Source: an uncultured Planctomycetaceae bacterium (lineage in GTDB: Bacteria > Planctomycetota > Planctomycetia > Isosphaerales > Isosphaeraceae). Taken from it: DNA of 64,000 nucleotides. Location: positions 800,001 to 864,000 of the forward strand of contig CAWIAD010000002.1 of the NCBI GenBank assembly GCA_963833985.1, given 5' to 3'. A program made the position numbers and the translations under genes. Below, one piece after another: positions 21,501-32,167 of this stretch (position 1 is its first letter; each line of letters opens with the position of its first letter). The notes under the pieces are model-generated. The model ran no database searches. It was not told the DNA's origin and saw only the letters and a program-made list of their open reading frames with translations.

Positions 21501-21955
21501 TCGGCCACCTGGTGGGCCTCCGGCCCCGGTGTGACGGGCGCGTCGCTGCCGGCGAGGATGGGCACGCCGGCCTCACGCGCCAGGCTCCGCGCGGCCACCT
21601 TGTCGCCCAGCAGGTCCAGCAGCTCCGGCGGCGGCCCGATGAAGACGATTCCCGCCTGTGCACAGGCGCGTGCGAACTCGGCGTTCTCGGACAGAAAGCC
21701 ATACCCGGGATGGATGGCGTCGACCTGTTTCTCCCGCGCCAGATCCACGATCGCGGCGATATCCAGGTAGCTGCGGATCGGCTCGCCGGCGTTCCCCACC
21801 TGGTACGCCTCGTCGGCCTTGAGCCGGTGCAGCGCGAAGCGATCCTCATGCGAGTAGATCGCCACGGTGCGGATTCCCAGCTCATGCGCCGAGCGAAAAA
21901 TGCGAATGGCAATCTCGCCGCGATTGGCCACCATCAGCTTGCGAAACGCTGTCAT
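18506..21955 (-). CDS. pyc: Pyruvate carboxylase
   Basis: ANRGEIA, HPGYGFLSEN, RDAHQSLLATR, EMPGGQYTNL, biotin site EAMKME. Confidence 0.98.
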   Translation of the reverse strand: MTAFRKLMVANRGEIAIRIFRSAHELGIRTVAIYSHEDRFALHRLKADEAYQVGNAGEPIRSYLDIAAIVDLAREKQVDAIHPGYGFLSENAEFARACAQAGIVFIGPPPELLDLLGDKVAARSLAREAGVPILAGSDAPVTPGPEAHQVAEALGYPVIVKASMGGGGRGMRVVETADALDPALDQARREAQNAFGCPDVFLEKFIRRAKHIEVQLLGDQHGRLVHLYERDCSIQRRHQKVIEIAPAANVDPFVRDSICQAALAMGRKVNYQNAGTVEFLVDDETGAFHFIEVNPRLQVEHTITEIITGIDIVKSQILIAQGRELADPDISIDGQESIQVQGHAIQCRITSEDPTNNFTPDYGRITHYRSSGGPGLRLDGGSTTTGAIITPFYDSLLVKVSAYARRFRDAALKMERALQEFRIRGVKTNIPFLLNVVTHPTFLEGRCTTRFIDQTPELFRLIQRQDRATRLLTYAAEVRVNGFPGIKQDGYANLFHEPQPPASNHLEPLADGSRQRFQSLGAEAFARWVREQQPLLLTDTTFRDAHQSLLATRLRTRDMLRAAEAYARLLPNLFSIEMWGGATFDTAMRFLKEDPWDRLAQLREKIPNILFQMLIRGSNAVGYTSYPDNVVATFVKESAAAGIDLFRVFDSLNWVPNMERTMEAVRESGALCEAAICYTGDILDPARPKYDLKYYVTMARALEKRGANLIAIKDMAGLCKPYAARKLIETLRQEVGLPVHFHTHDIGGAQAASILQGAEVGLDVADGAMASMSGLTSQPSLSAVVESLRFNPRECGIDHRALIEISRYWDEVRSMYAPFESGPRSPAADLYDLEMPGGQYTNLFQQAKALGLAPRWREVCNAYSQVNLLFGDIVKVTPSSKVVGDMALFLVANDLTPEDTLDPERELAFPESVIEFFEGRLGQPPGGFPPELQSRVLKGRTALVDRPGASLPPADLDAAREKASALLGTAAGMRDALSYVLYPRVFPDLASHQRAYSDTSILPTPVFFFGLEPGEEVKLDIEEGKTLIVKLLAVGEPHTDGKRTVFFELNGQPREVEVLDRSLASSIRETPRADPSDPNQLGAPLPGLVVGVAVSAGDRVRKGQKLLSMEAMKMETTLYAERPGRVSEVIASVGLQVKAGDLLLKLTDE

Positions 21956-22020
21956 CAAACCATCCCGACAGGAGAACCCGGTGCACGGCGTCTTTGGCCG
22001 GGGGAGAGATCCAGCCCTTC

Positions 22021-22111
22021 CTCGATCGTGACCCTGCCCGTCAGGGCATGGTTCGGACGGGTGTAGCCCCCAACCTCGGGCGTCAGCCCGACAACACGGT
22101 GAGCATCATCA
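22021..22111. repeat. Diverged third copy of the double-hairpin repeat
   Basis: TGCCC-GTCA-GGGCA (22035-22048) and TCGGGC-GTCA-GCCCGA (22076-22091), same 42-nt loop spacing and AGCCCCCAACC linker as 957-1177. Confidence 0.8.
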
Positions 22112-22360
22112 AGGCGATTGGATTATGCCCGAACACAAGTCCGGAGATCATCCCCAATCGGGAATCCGGGCGCGGACGGGGGGGGCGTCGAGCTTGTGAC
22201 GACGCACCGCCGGGCGCCAGACGCCAGCAAGCGGTGCCTGTTTCTGACGCGCCCCACTACCACTGTTCGCTGCTGGTATTCTCTGGAGACTCTCAGTAAC
22301 CGCGACGTTGAAGCGGAACTCGCCAGGGATCGTCGCCTTCCGGTGGGGACGAGCTTGGGG

Positions 22361-22789
22361 CTACGCTGACCCATGGGGCTCAGTGCCGGTGGAGAGTCTT
22401 TCATCCACCCGCTTGAATAATTCCTCGATTTCAGCGAGCAATGCCGGGCGGTCCAGGGCGCGGTCTTTTTCACCCACCGATTCGTACCGATATTGAACCG
22501 CGAATGGATAAAGGTCAACCAAGCTCAGAACGGCGGATATATCCTCCCCTGCTTCCTCCAAGGCCTGTATGAGCATCATGAGGTCATGTGTTCGACTATA
22601 CCTCATTCCAAGACTAGCAAGCCAGGCCTTGAGACTCTTCTCGGCGGCTTGCTGGGCGTGGAATCCAAAGATCGCGTCGGAGAAAAGCTACCGCACTACC
22701 GCCGCGTCGGGGCTAAGCATTCCACGTAAAGTGTTCAGATCGCCCTTTGCCATCTCGAGAAGAGATCGGGCATGGTCAAGGTCGCTCAT
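22361..22789 (-). pseudogene. HEPN-domain toxin with in-frame amber stop at 22688-22690
   Basis: MSDLDHARSLLEMAKGDL...VVR*LFSDAIFGFHAQQAAEKSLKAWL...RTHDL...AVQYRY, same frame across the TAG. Confidence 0.85.
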
Positions 22790-23048
22790 AGAGCACGCGC
22801 CCTTCCTTGATGGCCTCGCTAACGACATGGTTCGTGGTGTCTTTCCAGCGATCGACCTCCTGAGGAGTAAAAAAAATGATATCGATTGGTATACCCAGAG
22901 GAGGGATGCTGCGCCGAAGCCGCCCGATTTCTTGTCGCCGGCTCCAGTCCGGGTAGGACGTTCGATCGCCGATAACCAGCAAATCAATATCGGAGGACTC
23001 ATCCGCGGTTCCGCGAGCCTGTGAACCAAATAGGATGACCCGTTCCAA

Positions 23049-25292
23049 CCTACTTTCCGCACATCTCCCTTTGATTTCCCCGAATTCGACCTGAGGCCAT
23101 CTTCTCAGACGCGGCCCCAGGGTCGGTAAACATCTACAAGTCGATCGGCACGGGGACCTTGTTCGGTTCAGATGGTTCGCCAACCGGACCGTTCCTGAAC
23201 TCGAGCCATTCTTCGCCTTGTCTTATGACTTGGCAATGTCCAGCCGCGCGCCGCGATTCTCGCCGCGACGACTTGTGACACGGGCTATGAGCGTAAGTTG
23301 AGCGGCTCACAACTTACGTCAAGGCAAATTGTCATAAGTGAATCACAAGATTTTTTGTCCTTGACGTCCCGATCTCCTCCGCCATCATTGCGGCAAGCCC
23401 TGCGGCGGTCGGCCTGCTCCCCTCACGGCCCTGGAAGGCCCGGCGGCGGACACCGGCCAACTCGCTGCAAACCCTCCGGAGATGATCCGCATGAACGAAC
23501 CTCAACGACCGCGCCAACCCGGCGAGACGGCCCGCTCGAAGGGACGCACGCGCACGCTCAACACGCGGCGGATTGCCGCCGTGCCCATCCTGGAACACTT
23601 CCTGAGTCGGCTCCGCCTTCGCGAGTTTCTCTGCGACCACCTGCCCCATGAGGACGGCCGCACTCGGGTCCCCACGGCCACGGCCTTGCTCGTCCTGCTG
23701 CGCAACCTGCTGATCTCGCGTGAGCCACTCTATGGTGTCGGTGAGTGGGTGGCCCGCCATGAGCCGAAACTGTTCGGGTTGTCCGATGTCCAAGTCGCCG
23801 CAATGAACGACGATCGAGTTGGCCGGGCCCTCGACCGTCTCTTCGACGCCAATCTCTCGGGGTTGGCCCTGAAGGTCGCGGCCCATGCCGTACGCGAATT
23901 CGACGTCAGCCTCGACCAGTTACACAACGACTCGACCACCATCACTTTCCACGGTGACTACGAGTCGGCGGAGGCGGAGCGAACCCTGCGGGGACAATTG
24001 CGGTTGGCGGTGACCTGGGGTCATAACAAAGACCACCGCCCCGACCTCAAGCAGCTACTCTACATCCTCACCGTGACCGGCGACGGTGCCGTCCCGGTGC
24101 ACTTTCGCGTCGAGAGCGGCAACGCCACCGACGACCGCTCTCACCAGGAGACCTGGGAGTTGCTCTGTCAACTGACCGGACGCCGAGACTTTCTCTACAT
24201 CGCCGACTGCAAGCTGGCCACCACCGAGAACATGGCCTATCTGCATCAGCGCGGCGGTCGGTTCCTCAGCGTGCTGCCGCGAACTCGCAGTGAGGACGGT
24301 GCCTTCCGCGGCGCCGTACTCCGGGGAGAGATCCAGTGGCGATGGACCCACGACAAGTACGACGACAAGGGACAGTTGACCGACCGCTTCTCGATCTGCA
24401 AACCTGCGAGCCAGACCACCGAGGGTTACCGGCTGATCTGGTATCACAGCACACGCAAGGCCGAGTTGGATGCGGAGGTACGGCTGACCCGGCTGGAGAA
24501 GGCGTTGAAACGACTGGACGAACTGCGTGCCAAGCTCGCCTCGTCCCGAACCCGGTACCGCAGTCGAGCCAAGGTCGCCGAGGCGGTCGAGGAGCTGCTC
24601 CGAGACTGTGAGGTCACCGAGTGGATCTCGGTCGAGATCGAGGAGCAGGTCACCGAAAAGTTCCGCCAGGAGCGACGCGGCCGGCCTGGACAGGACACGC
24701 GGTACGTCCGAGAGGAGAAGCTCCGTTACTCGTTGAAGCATCGGATTGAGTTGGAGCGACTGGATGAGGAGGCCCGCTGTGATGGCATTTTCCCGCTGGT
24801 GAGCAACGAATCGAAGATGACGGAGCAGGATCTGCTCTTGGCCTACAAACAGCAACCGGCCATCGAACGACGGTTCGAGCACCTGAAGACTGACTTCGTG
24901 GTAGCGCCTATGTACCTGAAGGAGGTGAGTCGGATTCAGGCCTTGCTCTGCGTGTACTTCTTCGTGTTGCTGGTCGAGGCGCTGTTGGAGCGAGAACTCC
25001 GCCGCGCGATGGAACGAGCGGGAATCGAGAGCCTGCCACTGTATTCCGAAGGTCGGGCCTGCCGACGCCCGACGGCTCGAAAAGTGATCGACCTGTACGA
25101 GGACGTTCAAGAGCATTCCCTGAAGGCTGGGAAACGCCCTCTTGAGGTGTTCAGCACAGAGTTAACTCGGCTCCAGAAGAGAATCCTGCGCCTGCTGGGG
25201 ATACCCAAAGCCTACGAGATTTGAGCCTGACTGGCCGAAAGAGGGCACACGGAAATTACGAGATAGTCAAGGCGAGATGTGCGGAAAGTAGG
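23049..25292 (+). mobile_element. IS1634-family insertion sequence
   Basis: Perfect 19-bp inverted repeats CCTACTTTCCGCACATCTC (23049-23067; 25274-25292); 6-bp target duplication TTCCAA (23043-23048, 25293-25298). Confidence 0.93.
23491..25224 (+). CDS. IS1634-family DDE transposase
   Basis: NDDRVGRALDRLF, LHNDSTT, GHNKDHRPDLKQ, IADCKL, YKQQ..IERRFE.LK. Confidence 0.92.
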   Translation: MNEPQRPRQPGETARSKGRTRTLNTRRIAAVPILEHFLSRLRLREFLCDHLPHEDGRTRVPTATALLVLLRNLLISREPLYGVGEWVARHEPKLFGLSDVQVAAMNDDRVGRALDRLFDANLSGLALKVAAHAVREFDVSLDQLHNDSTTITFHGDYESAEAERTLRGQLRLAVTWGHNKDHRPDLKQLLYILTVTGDGAVPVHFRVESGNATDDRSHQETWELLCQLTGRRDFLYIADCKLATTENMAYLHQRGGRFLSVLPRTRSEDGAFRGAVLRGEIQWRWTHDKYDDKGQLTDRFSICKPASQTTEGYRLIWYHSTRKAELDAEVRLTRLEKALKRLDELRAKLASSRTRYRSRAKVAEAVEELLRDCEVTEWISVEIEEQVTEKFRQERRGRPGQDTRYVREEKLRYSLKHRIELERLDEEARCDGIFPLVSNESKMTEQDLLLAYKQQPAIERRFEHLKTDFVVAPMYLKEVSRIQALLCVYFFVLLVEALLERELRRAMERAGIESLPLYSEGRACRRPTARKVIDLYEDVQEHSLKAGKRPLEVFSTELTRLQKRILRLLGIPKAYEI

Positions 25293-25446
25293 TTCCAAGC
25301 TAGCGGCTCGAGCAATTCTGGCTACGATCTCCTCGAGTTGGGCCTCTGTCACGGATGGCATGATCGAAACACCTCCGAGTTCCTGCTGTCCGCCCACTAA
25401 ATACACTTCTGCCCTGTCAGAAGTCAGCCGCCCCCATACTCCCATC

Positions 25447-26411
25447 TTACTCGATCTCTGCCTCCACCGGGTTCTCCAGCGTGCCGATCGGTGCGATCGT
25501 CGCACGCACCAGGTCGCCGGGTTTCAGGTAGGTCCCGGTGGCCGAGCCAACGCCCGAGGGCGTTCCCGTGGCGATGATGTCACCTGGCTCGAGCGTGACG
25601 AACTGGGAGAGAAACGCGATCACCGCCGCCACGGGGAAGATCATCTCGCCGGTCGATGCCTCTTGCTTGATCTGGCCGTTGAGTGTGAGCTTCAGCGGCA
25701 GGGCCTGCGGGTCGGCCACCGCGTCGGCAGAGAGCACGCAAGGGCCCATCGGGCAGAAGGTGTCGTGCCACTTACCGTGCATCCAGTCGAAGAACTTGTC
25801 ACGTTCGCGCGGCTTGCGCCGGCATTCGGTTTGAAGTTGCGGTCGCTGATGTCGTTGACGACCGTGTAGCCGGCCACGCAGCGCAGGGCTTCGGACTCGG
25901 GTACGTCCCGGCAATGACGGCCAATGATCACGCCTAGCTCGCATTCCCAGTCGATGTGGTCGGGCGAGACGCGGGGAATCACGATCGGGTCGCCCGGGTG
26001 CGTGAGCGTTGTGCTCGGAGGCTTCATGAACACGTACGGGAACGTCTCTTGCCGCTCGGCCGCCGTGCCCCCGCGTTCGGTCACGTGCCTGGCATAATTC
26101 CCGGCAAGGAACAGCATCTTGGACGGGCCGGCGATCGGCACCAGAAGCTGCACGTCCTCGACGGGCACCGTGAGCTCGTCGCGGGCGATCAGGTCCAGGC
26201 CGCTGACCCAGGCATCCAGATCGCAGGCCAGCTCGTAAGAGCAGCCATCCGGAGGAAGCAGGTCGAGCAGGTCCTCCGTCGACGGCAAGAGCAGCTCCAC
26301 GCCCGTATCGCGGCTGTACGCCTCGGCCGCCTGGTCGATGGGAATCACCACGTTGTCGCCGTAAAAGCCCGTGAGCACCATGTCGTCGAAGCTGAAACGG
26401 CAAAGACGCAT
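25447..26411 (-). CDS. Fumarylacetoacetate hydrolase family protein (frameshift ~25821)
   Basis: AGNYARH, PYVFMKP, DWECELGVIIG, NDISDR; then GKWHDTFCPMGP, LEPGDIIATGTPSGVG in the next frame. Confidence 0.92.
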
Positions 26412-26451
26412 TCGCTGGCTCCTGATCCACATGACGAGACCGCCGGGACGC

Positions 26452-27885
<1,434 letters not shown>

Positions 27886-28236
27886 GGCTTCCTGGCTCCT
27901 TTACCCGATGAGGGCAAGAATACGTGCTGCACACCCAAGAACCTGAGACAACCGCGCCTGGTCCCATGCCTCTTGCCGCCTGTAAACCCACTTCGTTCCA
28001 CCATTCTACCTTCTCCCGAAACGAGGGGAGCTATCTGGTACGGAGCATTCCGGGAGTCAGGGGCGGTTATCGATGGAAGGACTCCAGCCTGGCTCGCAAG
28101 GCACCAGGCCGCGTTTCTGTTCGCGACTGCATGCCACGTGTCACCCTCGGCAACGTGCTGGTCAGCGCGTACCATCTCCATTAAATTCAATGACAGAGCG
28201 CAACAGCAGCGGAAGCAGACGTGAGGTCGCAAGTCC

Positions 28237-29076
28237 ATGAAAAGTCCGTTCCCAGGCATGGACCCTTATCTGGAGAGACATTGGGGTGATGTCCATCAGT
28301 CCGCGATCACCTATATCCGCGATTGGCTCCAGCCACGGCTACCTGGTGATCTGCGAGCGCGGACGCAAGAACGTGTCTTCATCGATATCCCTGATCCGTT
28401 GCGCGGCGACTATTACCCCGATGTTCGCGTCGTCGAGCGTCCCGGTAGACCACAGGCCACGGGCTCGGGGACGGTTGTGGCCGGGTCGCTCACAAGCACG
28501 GAACCTGGACTGGAAACGGAAAACGGCCCTGTCGCGCCGGCCGAGCCGCTCTTGATCCATCTCGACATCGAGCCGCTCACCGAAGGTTACGTCGAGATCA
28601 TTGACGTCAAGTCAGGGCACCGCGTGGTGACGACGATCGAGTTGCTCAACACCGCCAACAAGCGTCCCGGCCAGGGTCGGCGACTGTATTTGAAGAAACG
28701 GAAGGATCAACAGGCGGCCGGCGTCAATCTGGTCGAGATCGACCTCTTGCGTCGCGGGAAGTCTGTCCTGATGGTGGGAAGAGAACAGCTTCCACGGTCC
28801 GTCCGAACGCCTTATCAAGTCTGTGTCTGGCGAGGATCACGCCCCCACGTGGTAGAGGCTTACCCAGTACCACTTCGGGAACGGTTGCTGGTGATCTTGA
28901 TACCGCTTTGACCGGCCGACCCGGATGTGCCGCTTGACCTCCAGGCGATCGTGGAGCAATGCTACCGCAACGGTGGGTACGACGACATCGACTACAAGGC
29001 CGAACCCGACCCAGTACTGAAGACCGACGATGCGAAATGGGCTGACGCACTCTTACGTGAACAGGACCGGCGCTAA
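28237..29076 (+). pseudogene. DUF4058-family protein with in-frame TGA at 28909-28911
   Basis: MKSPFPGMDPYLE...VEIDLLR...IPL*PADPDVPLDLQAIVEQCY...WADALL; frame continues to TAA at 29076. Confidence 0.85.
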
Positions 29077-29206
29077 CGTCCGGTCCAAAGCTGGCCGGTC
29101 TGCCGTGCGCCTGAACGGAATCTCCTGCTAGCTTCTCCGACCAGGCGAAATGCTGACGGGCCGCGATCATTCTCGAGGACCCAGGGGTCGCGGACATCGC
29201 GCGAGG

Positions 29207-29617
29207 TCACTTCTTCGCTTGCTGTGATGGGGAGTTCTTCTCCAGCTCGGCCATGAGCGTTTTGAAGTCATCGCGGTTGCGGAGCGGGTCCAAGGCCGAC
29301 TCGATGCGGAGGAGGTTCCGGTTCCGGAATCCACTCGCAACGGCCCGCTGTAACCATTCCATCGCCTTGTTCCCCGCTTCCTCGCCCTCCGAGGCCCAAA
29401 CGCCCGAGCCTGGTCGACCCGCCAGATTGGCTAGCACCGCGTGTGCGCAAACGGTGTCAAACAAGTGCCTCCCCGATCGGGATATTAACGAGAACAGCTC
29501 GCCCACAGTGATCATGGAGACATGGAGCTGACCCCCATACTGAAGAAATCGGTTCTGAACACTTCGGTTGCCTTTGAGATAGGCCGAGCACATATCTGTG
29601 TCAAGAAGGAAGCTCAT
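29207..29617 (-). pseudogene. Chimeric ORF: truncated VapC/PIN toxin N-terminus joined to the C-terminal tail of a TPR/Ser-Thr kinase protein
   Basis: MSFLLDTDMCSAYLK...SMITVGEL then ...AMEWLQRAVASGFRN...DPLRNRDDFKTLMAEL. Confidence 0.75.
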
Positions 29618-29940
29618 AACTCCGGCGGCCGCCTCTCCAGCTTGCGCCGAGCTCGGTTCCACTCGAGGAATCGATCCATCTCCTCTGCGTCCTCAGCCCA
29701 GGCACCAAATGCCCGGCGCAGCCCCTCGCCGGGGGAGAGGTCTTTGACGTCATTCCAGGCTGCCTCCCACCGGGCATGTGCCTCATCTGAGAGGAATATC
29801 GGCGGCGTTGGGAGGCTAGACCCCGGATCCGACTCAATCGTGACCGTTATGACCTGCCCATCGGGCAGGCCAGGTTCCCGATCAAGCTCGATGATCCTGC
29901 CGTGGATCACGCCTTTCAAGGTCGAGGGTGCGTTGGCCAT
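29614..29940 (-). CDS. Putative VapB-type antitoxin
   Basis: LKGVIHGRIIELDREPGLPDGQVITVTI...RRAFGAWA; overlaps the PIN start codon. Confidence 0.7.
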   Translation of the reverse strand: MANAPSTLKGVIHGRIIELDREPGLPDGQVITVTIESDPGSSLPTPPIFLSDEAHARWEAAWNDVKDLSPGEGLRRAFGAWAEDAEEMDRFLEWNRARRKLERRPPEL

Positions 29941-30497
29941 GCGATGGCTCTCCGGGTCGATCTGGTCCATGAATTGCTCGCAATGGAAGCGTATCACGGC
30001 AGCCGGCCGATTGTCTCCCTTTCCCTGACCGGCCGGGCTTCGTCATGGATGCGCAATGGCTGTCGAACACGGCGCGGGCCCCGATGCGATCGGCAGTCTC
30101 GTGCATGGGTTGGTCCTTCGGTCAGGCTGTGCTTCCCTCCGAGAAGCGATTTTTCCGATTCGTGCGCCTCACCGCGGACGAAAACGATTCGTTTTTTCCT
30201 TCCATCGCTTGAATGAGCCATGCAGAGACAGAGACAAATAACAGTCTATGAAAGAAAGGATCGCACCAGACATGTAAAATGCATAGAAGCAACCGCAGGC
30301 TGAGCTTGAAGTGGAACGGAAGTCGCTATGGGTAAATAGTTGCCTTCTCGATAGAATTGGTTTGATCCGTGAGAACCGGCTGCCAAGCCGCCTCGAAAAG
30401 AATAGCCCGGGTACTGGTCTGAGCCAAGGTACCGAGACGAAATCGACAAACCTGGATAGTATCCCTAAGGGTGTTATGGGTCAGTGCGAGGGTTGCC

Positions 30498-30737
30498 GTG
30501 CCGTACTTCGAGTTCGTATGGACAGACGAGATTGTGCAGCACCTGGCGGAGCACGGTGTGAACCAGCAAGAGTTTGAACAGGTCGTGTCAAACCCGGATC
30601 GAGTTGGCTTGAGCCGCTCCACAGGACGACCGTGTTGCTGGGGTGAGACCATGGAAGGACGACCGTTGTTTTGCGTCTACGAGTACCTGGACGACATGAC
30701 CATCATTCCCGTCACAGCCTATCGCGTCTTGGACTGA
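30498..30737 (+). CDS. Putative BrnT/DUF4258-like toxin
   Basis: FEFVW...HLAEHGV..EFEQV...GET.EGR.L..VY...PVTAY pattern. Confidence 0.7.
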   Translation: MPYFEFVWTDEIVQHLAEHGVNQQEFEQVVSNPDRVGLSRSTGRPCCWGETMEGRPLFCVYEYLDDMTIIPVTAYRVLD

Positions 30738-30790
30738 GCCGCATCACCAAACACTCCCCGCGGCGGGGCTTGATCGCCGCACGGTGAACT

Positions 30791-31168
30791 TTGGGCAAGA
30801 CAAAGAACGTTCCGACATCCTTGCTAGAACAGTTACAACGGGATCGGGACAAGATCGCCGCTGAATTGCCTGAACTGTTCAAGCGCGGTCAGCTGCTCGA
30901 CGAGGCAGCGACGGAGAATTCGCTTTCTGGCCATCTGCGTAGAGCGATTCATCATAGCGGGCGGCCGTTGAAGAAGATTGCCGAGGAGGTCGGCCTCGAC
31001 GTGTTCATACTTTGCGACTTTCTCGAGGGCACCAGAACACTCAGGTCGGACGTGCTCGATCGGCTGGCCCAGGCCGTTGTTGCCACAATCCACCTGGAGC
31101 CAGCTTCGCCGCAATGGCGTGACTCGCCTCCAGCGGTGGAGGAAACGGAAAAGCCAGAGCGGCCATAA
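30791..31168 (+). CDS. HTH (XRE-like) protein, putative antitoxin
   Basis: LRRAIHHSGRPLKKIAEEVGLD...FLEGTRTL....LDRLA; follows the toxin-like gene. Confidence 0.65.
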   Translation: MGKTKNVPTSLLEQLQRDRDKIAAELPELFKRGQLLDEAATENSLSGHLRRAIHHSGRPLKKIAEEVGLDVFILCDFLEGTRTLRSDVLDRLAQAVVATIHLEPASPQWRDSPPAVEETEKPERP

Positions 31169-31256
31169 TGGAGTCGGAAACGGGTGGACGATCGGAGTGG
31201 CGGCGGGCCTCTGCTGATCGTCCCGCGCCAAACTGCAGACCGTCAGCGCACGGAAC

Positions 31257-31811
31257 CTATTCGTTTTTTCCATCGATGGCGTTGATCAGCCAGGCACGGG
31301 CATAGGTCCAGTAGCGGCTTGCCGTGGCCCGCGAGATGCCAAGCGCCTCAGCCGCTTCCTGTTCCGATAGACCAGCGAAGTAGCGAAGCTTCACGAGTTC
31401 CGCTTTGAGCGGATCGACGGTCGAAAAGCGTTCCAGCGCCTCATCCAGGGCCAGCACCTCGTCTGGTTGGGACTCGACCACCGGACCCGCTTCGCTGAGT
31501 GGTACGCGTTGCCTGTCGCCTCCATGTCGCGCTCGACGGTGATGCCGGGCCCTGTCGATCAGGATCTGCCGCATGGCCTCGGCGGCGACGCGAAAGAAGT
31601 GGCGATGATCAGCGAAGGCTCGGTCGCCGACGAGTCGAAGGTATGCCTCGTGCACCAGGGCCGTGGCATCGAGCGAGTGATCGGGCCGTTCCCTGGCCAT
31701 CCTCGCCGCAGCCAGCTTGCGCAGCTCGTCGTAAACCAGCGGCAGGAGCTGTGCCGCGGTGTCTGGATCGCCCTGCTCGACAGCTTTCAAGAAGCGGGTG
31801 ACCTCGTGCAT
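31257..31811 (-). CDS. ECF sigma factor, TIGR02999 type
   Basis: LLPLVYDELRKLAAARM, ATALVHEAYLRL, AMRQILIDRAR, LRYFAGLS, WTYARAWL. Confidence 0.95.
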   Translation of the reverse strand: MHEVTRFLKAVEQGDPDTAAQLLPLVYDELRKLAAARMARERPDHSLDATALVHEAYLRLVGDRAFADHRHFFRVAAEAMRQILIDRARHHRRARHGGDRQRVPLSEAGPVVESQPDEVLALDEALERFSTVDPLKAELVKLRYFAGLSEQEAAEALGISRATASRYWTYARAWLINAIDGKNE

Positions 31812-31925
31812 GAGGCCAATGATATTCGCTGGGGAGATGGCGGGCAAACAAGACAGTGGAGCTGTTCAGCAGCTTGCACCATGCCGGCAGCGCGGCGCGA
31901 ATCCAGGTGTTCAGCTCGCGGGCTC

Positions 31926-32018
31926 GATCTGCCCCAGCTTTCGCACGTCGCCCTCGCGCCGGGTGAGGCCAATGCGGTCAAGGTACTCGCCAATGGGCAT
32001 GGCGTACTTGCGGGTGGT
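31926..32018 (-). repeat. Duplicate of the selB 3' end (matches 34340-34432)
   Basis: 93 bp with 5 mismatches by manual alignment; encodes [31 protein letters not shown], continuing EPAS* beyond the matched stretch. Confidence 0.92.
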
Positions 32019-32167
32019 GCCGATCTCGAAAGGAGATGCCTGGATTGGTCGGTTTCCTTGTTCCATGGGAGGCGATGACACCTATAGAATCAATGGCATC
32101 ACGTGAGATCGCCAGATCGGCGAGATCCAGGTCAAGGGTGAGCGGAACGACGACATGGGAGCCAGTC

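Larger units (their letters stand above)
22776..25361 (-). pseudogene. MNT (minimal nucleotidyltransferase) antitoxin split by an IS1634-family element
   Basis: 25361-25293 MPSVTEAQLEEIVARIARAASLE joins 23042-22776 RVILFGSQARG...SDIDLLVI...EGRVLYERP; GGAGG RBS before 25361. Confidence 0.9.

Noticed and set aside
22688..22690. Pyrrolysine/amber readthrough in HEPN
   Set aside because: No pyl genes in the window, and the partner gene is also disrupted; nonsense mutation is simpler
23049..23183. ORF-track N-terminus of the MNT gene
   Set aside because: Lies within the IS end; the true 5' part is at 25293-25361
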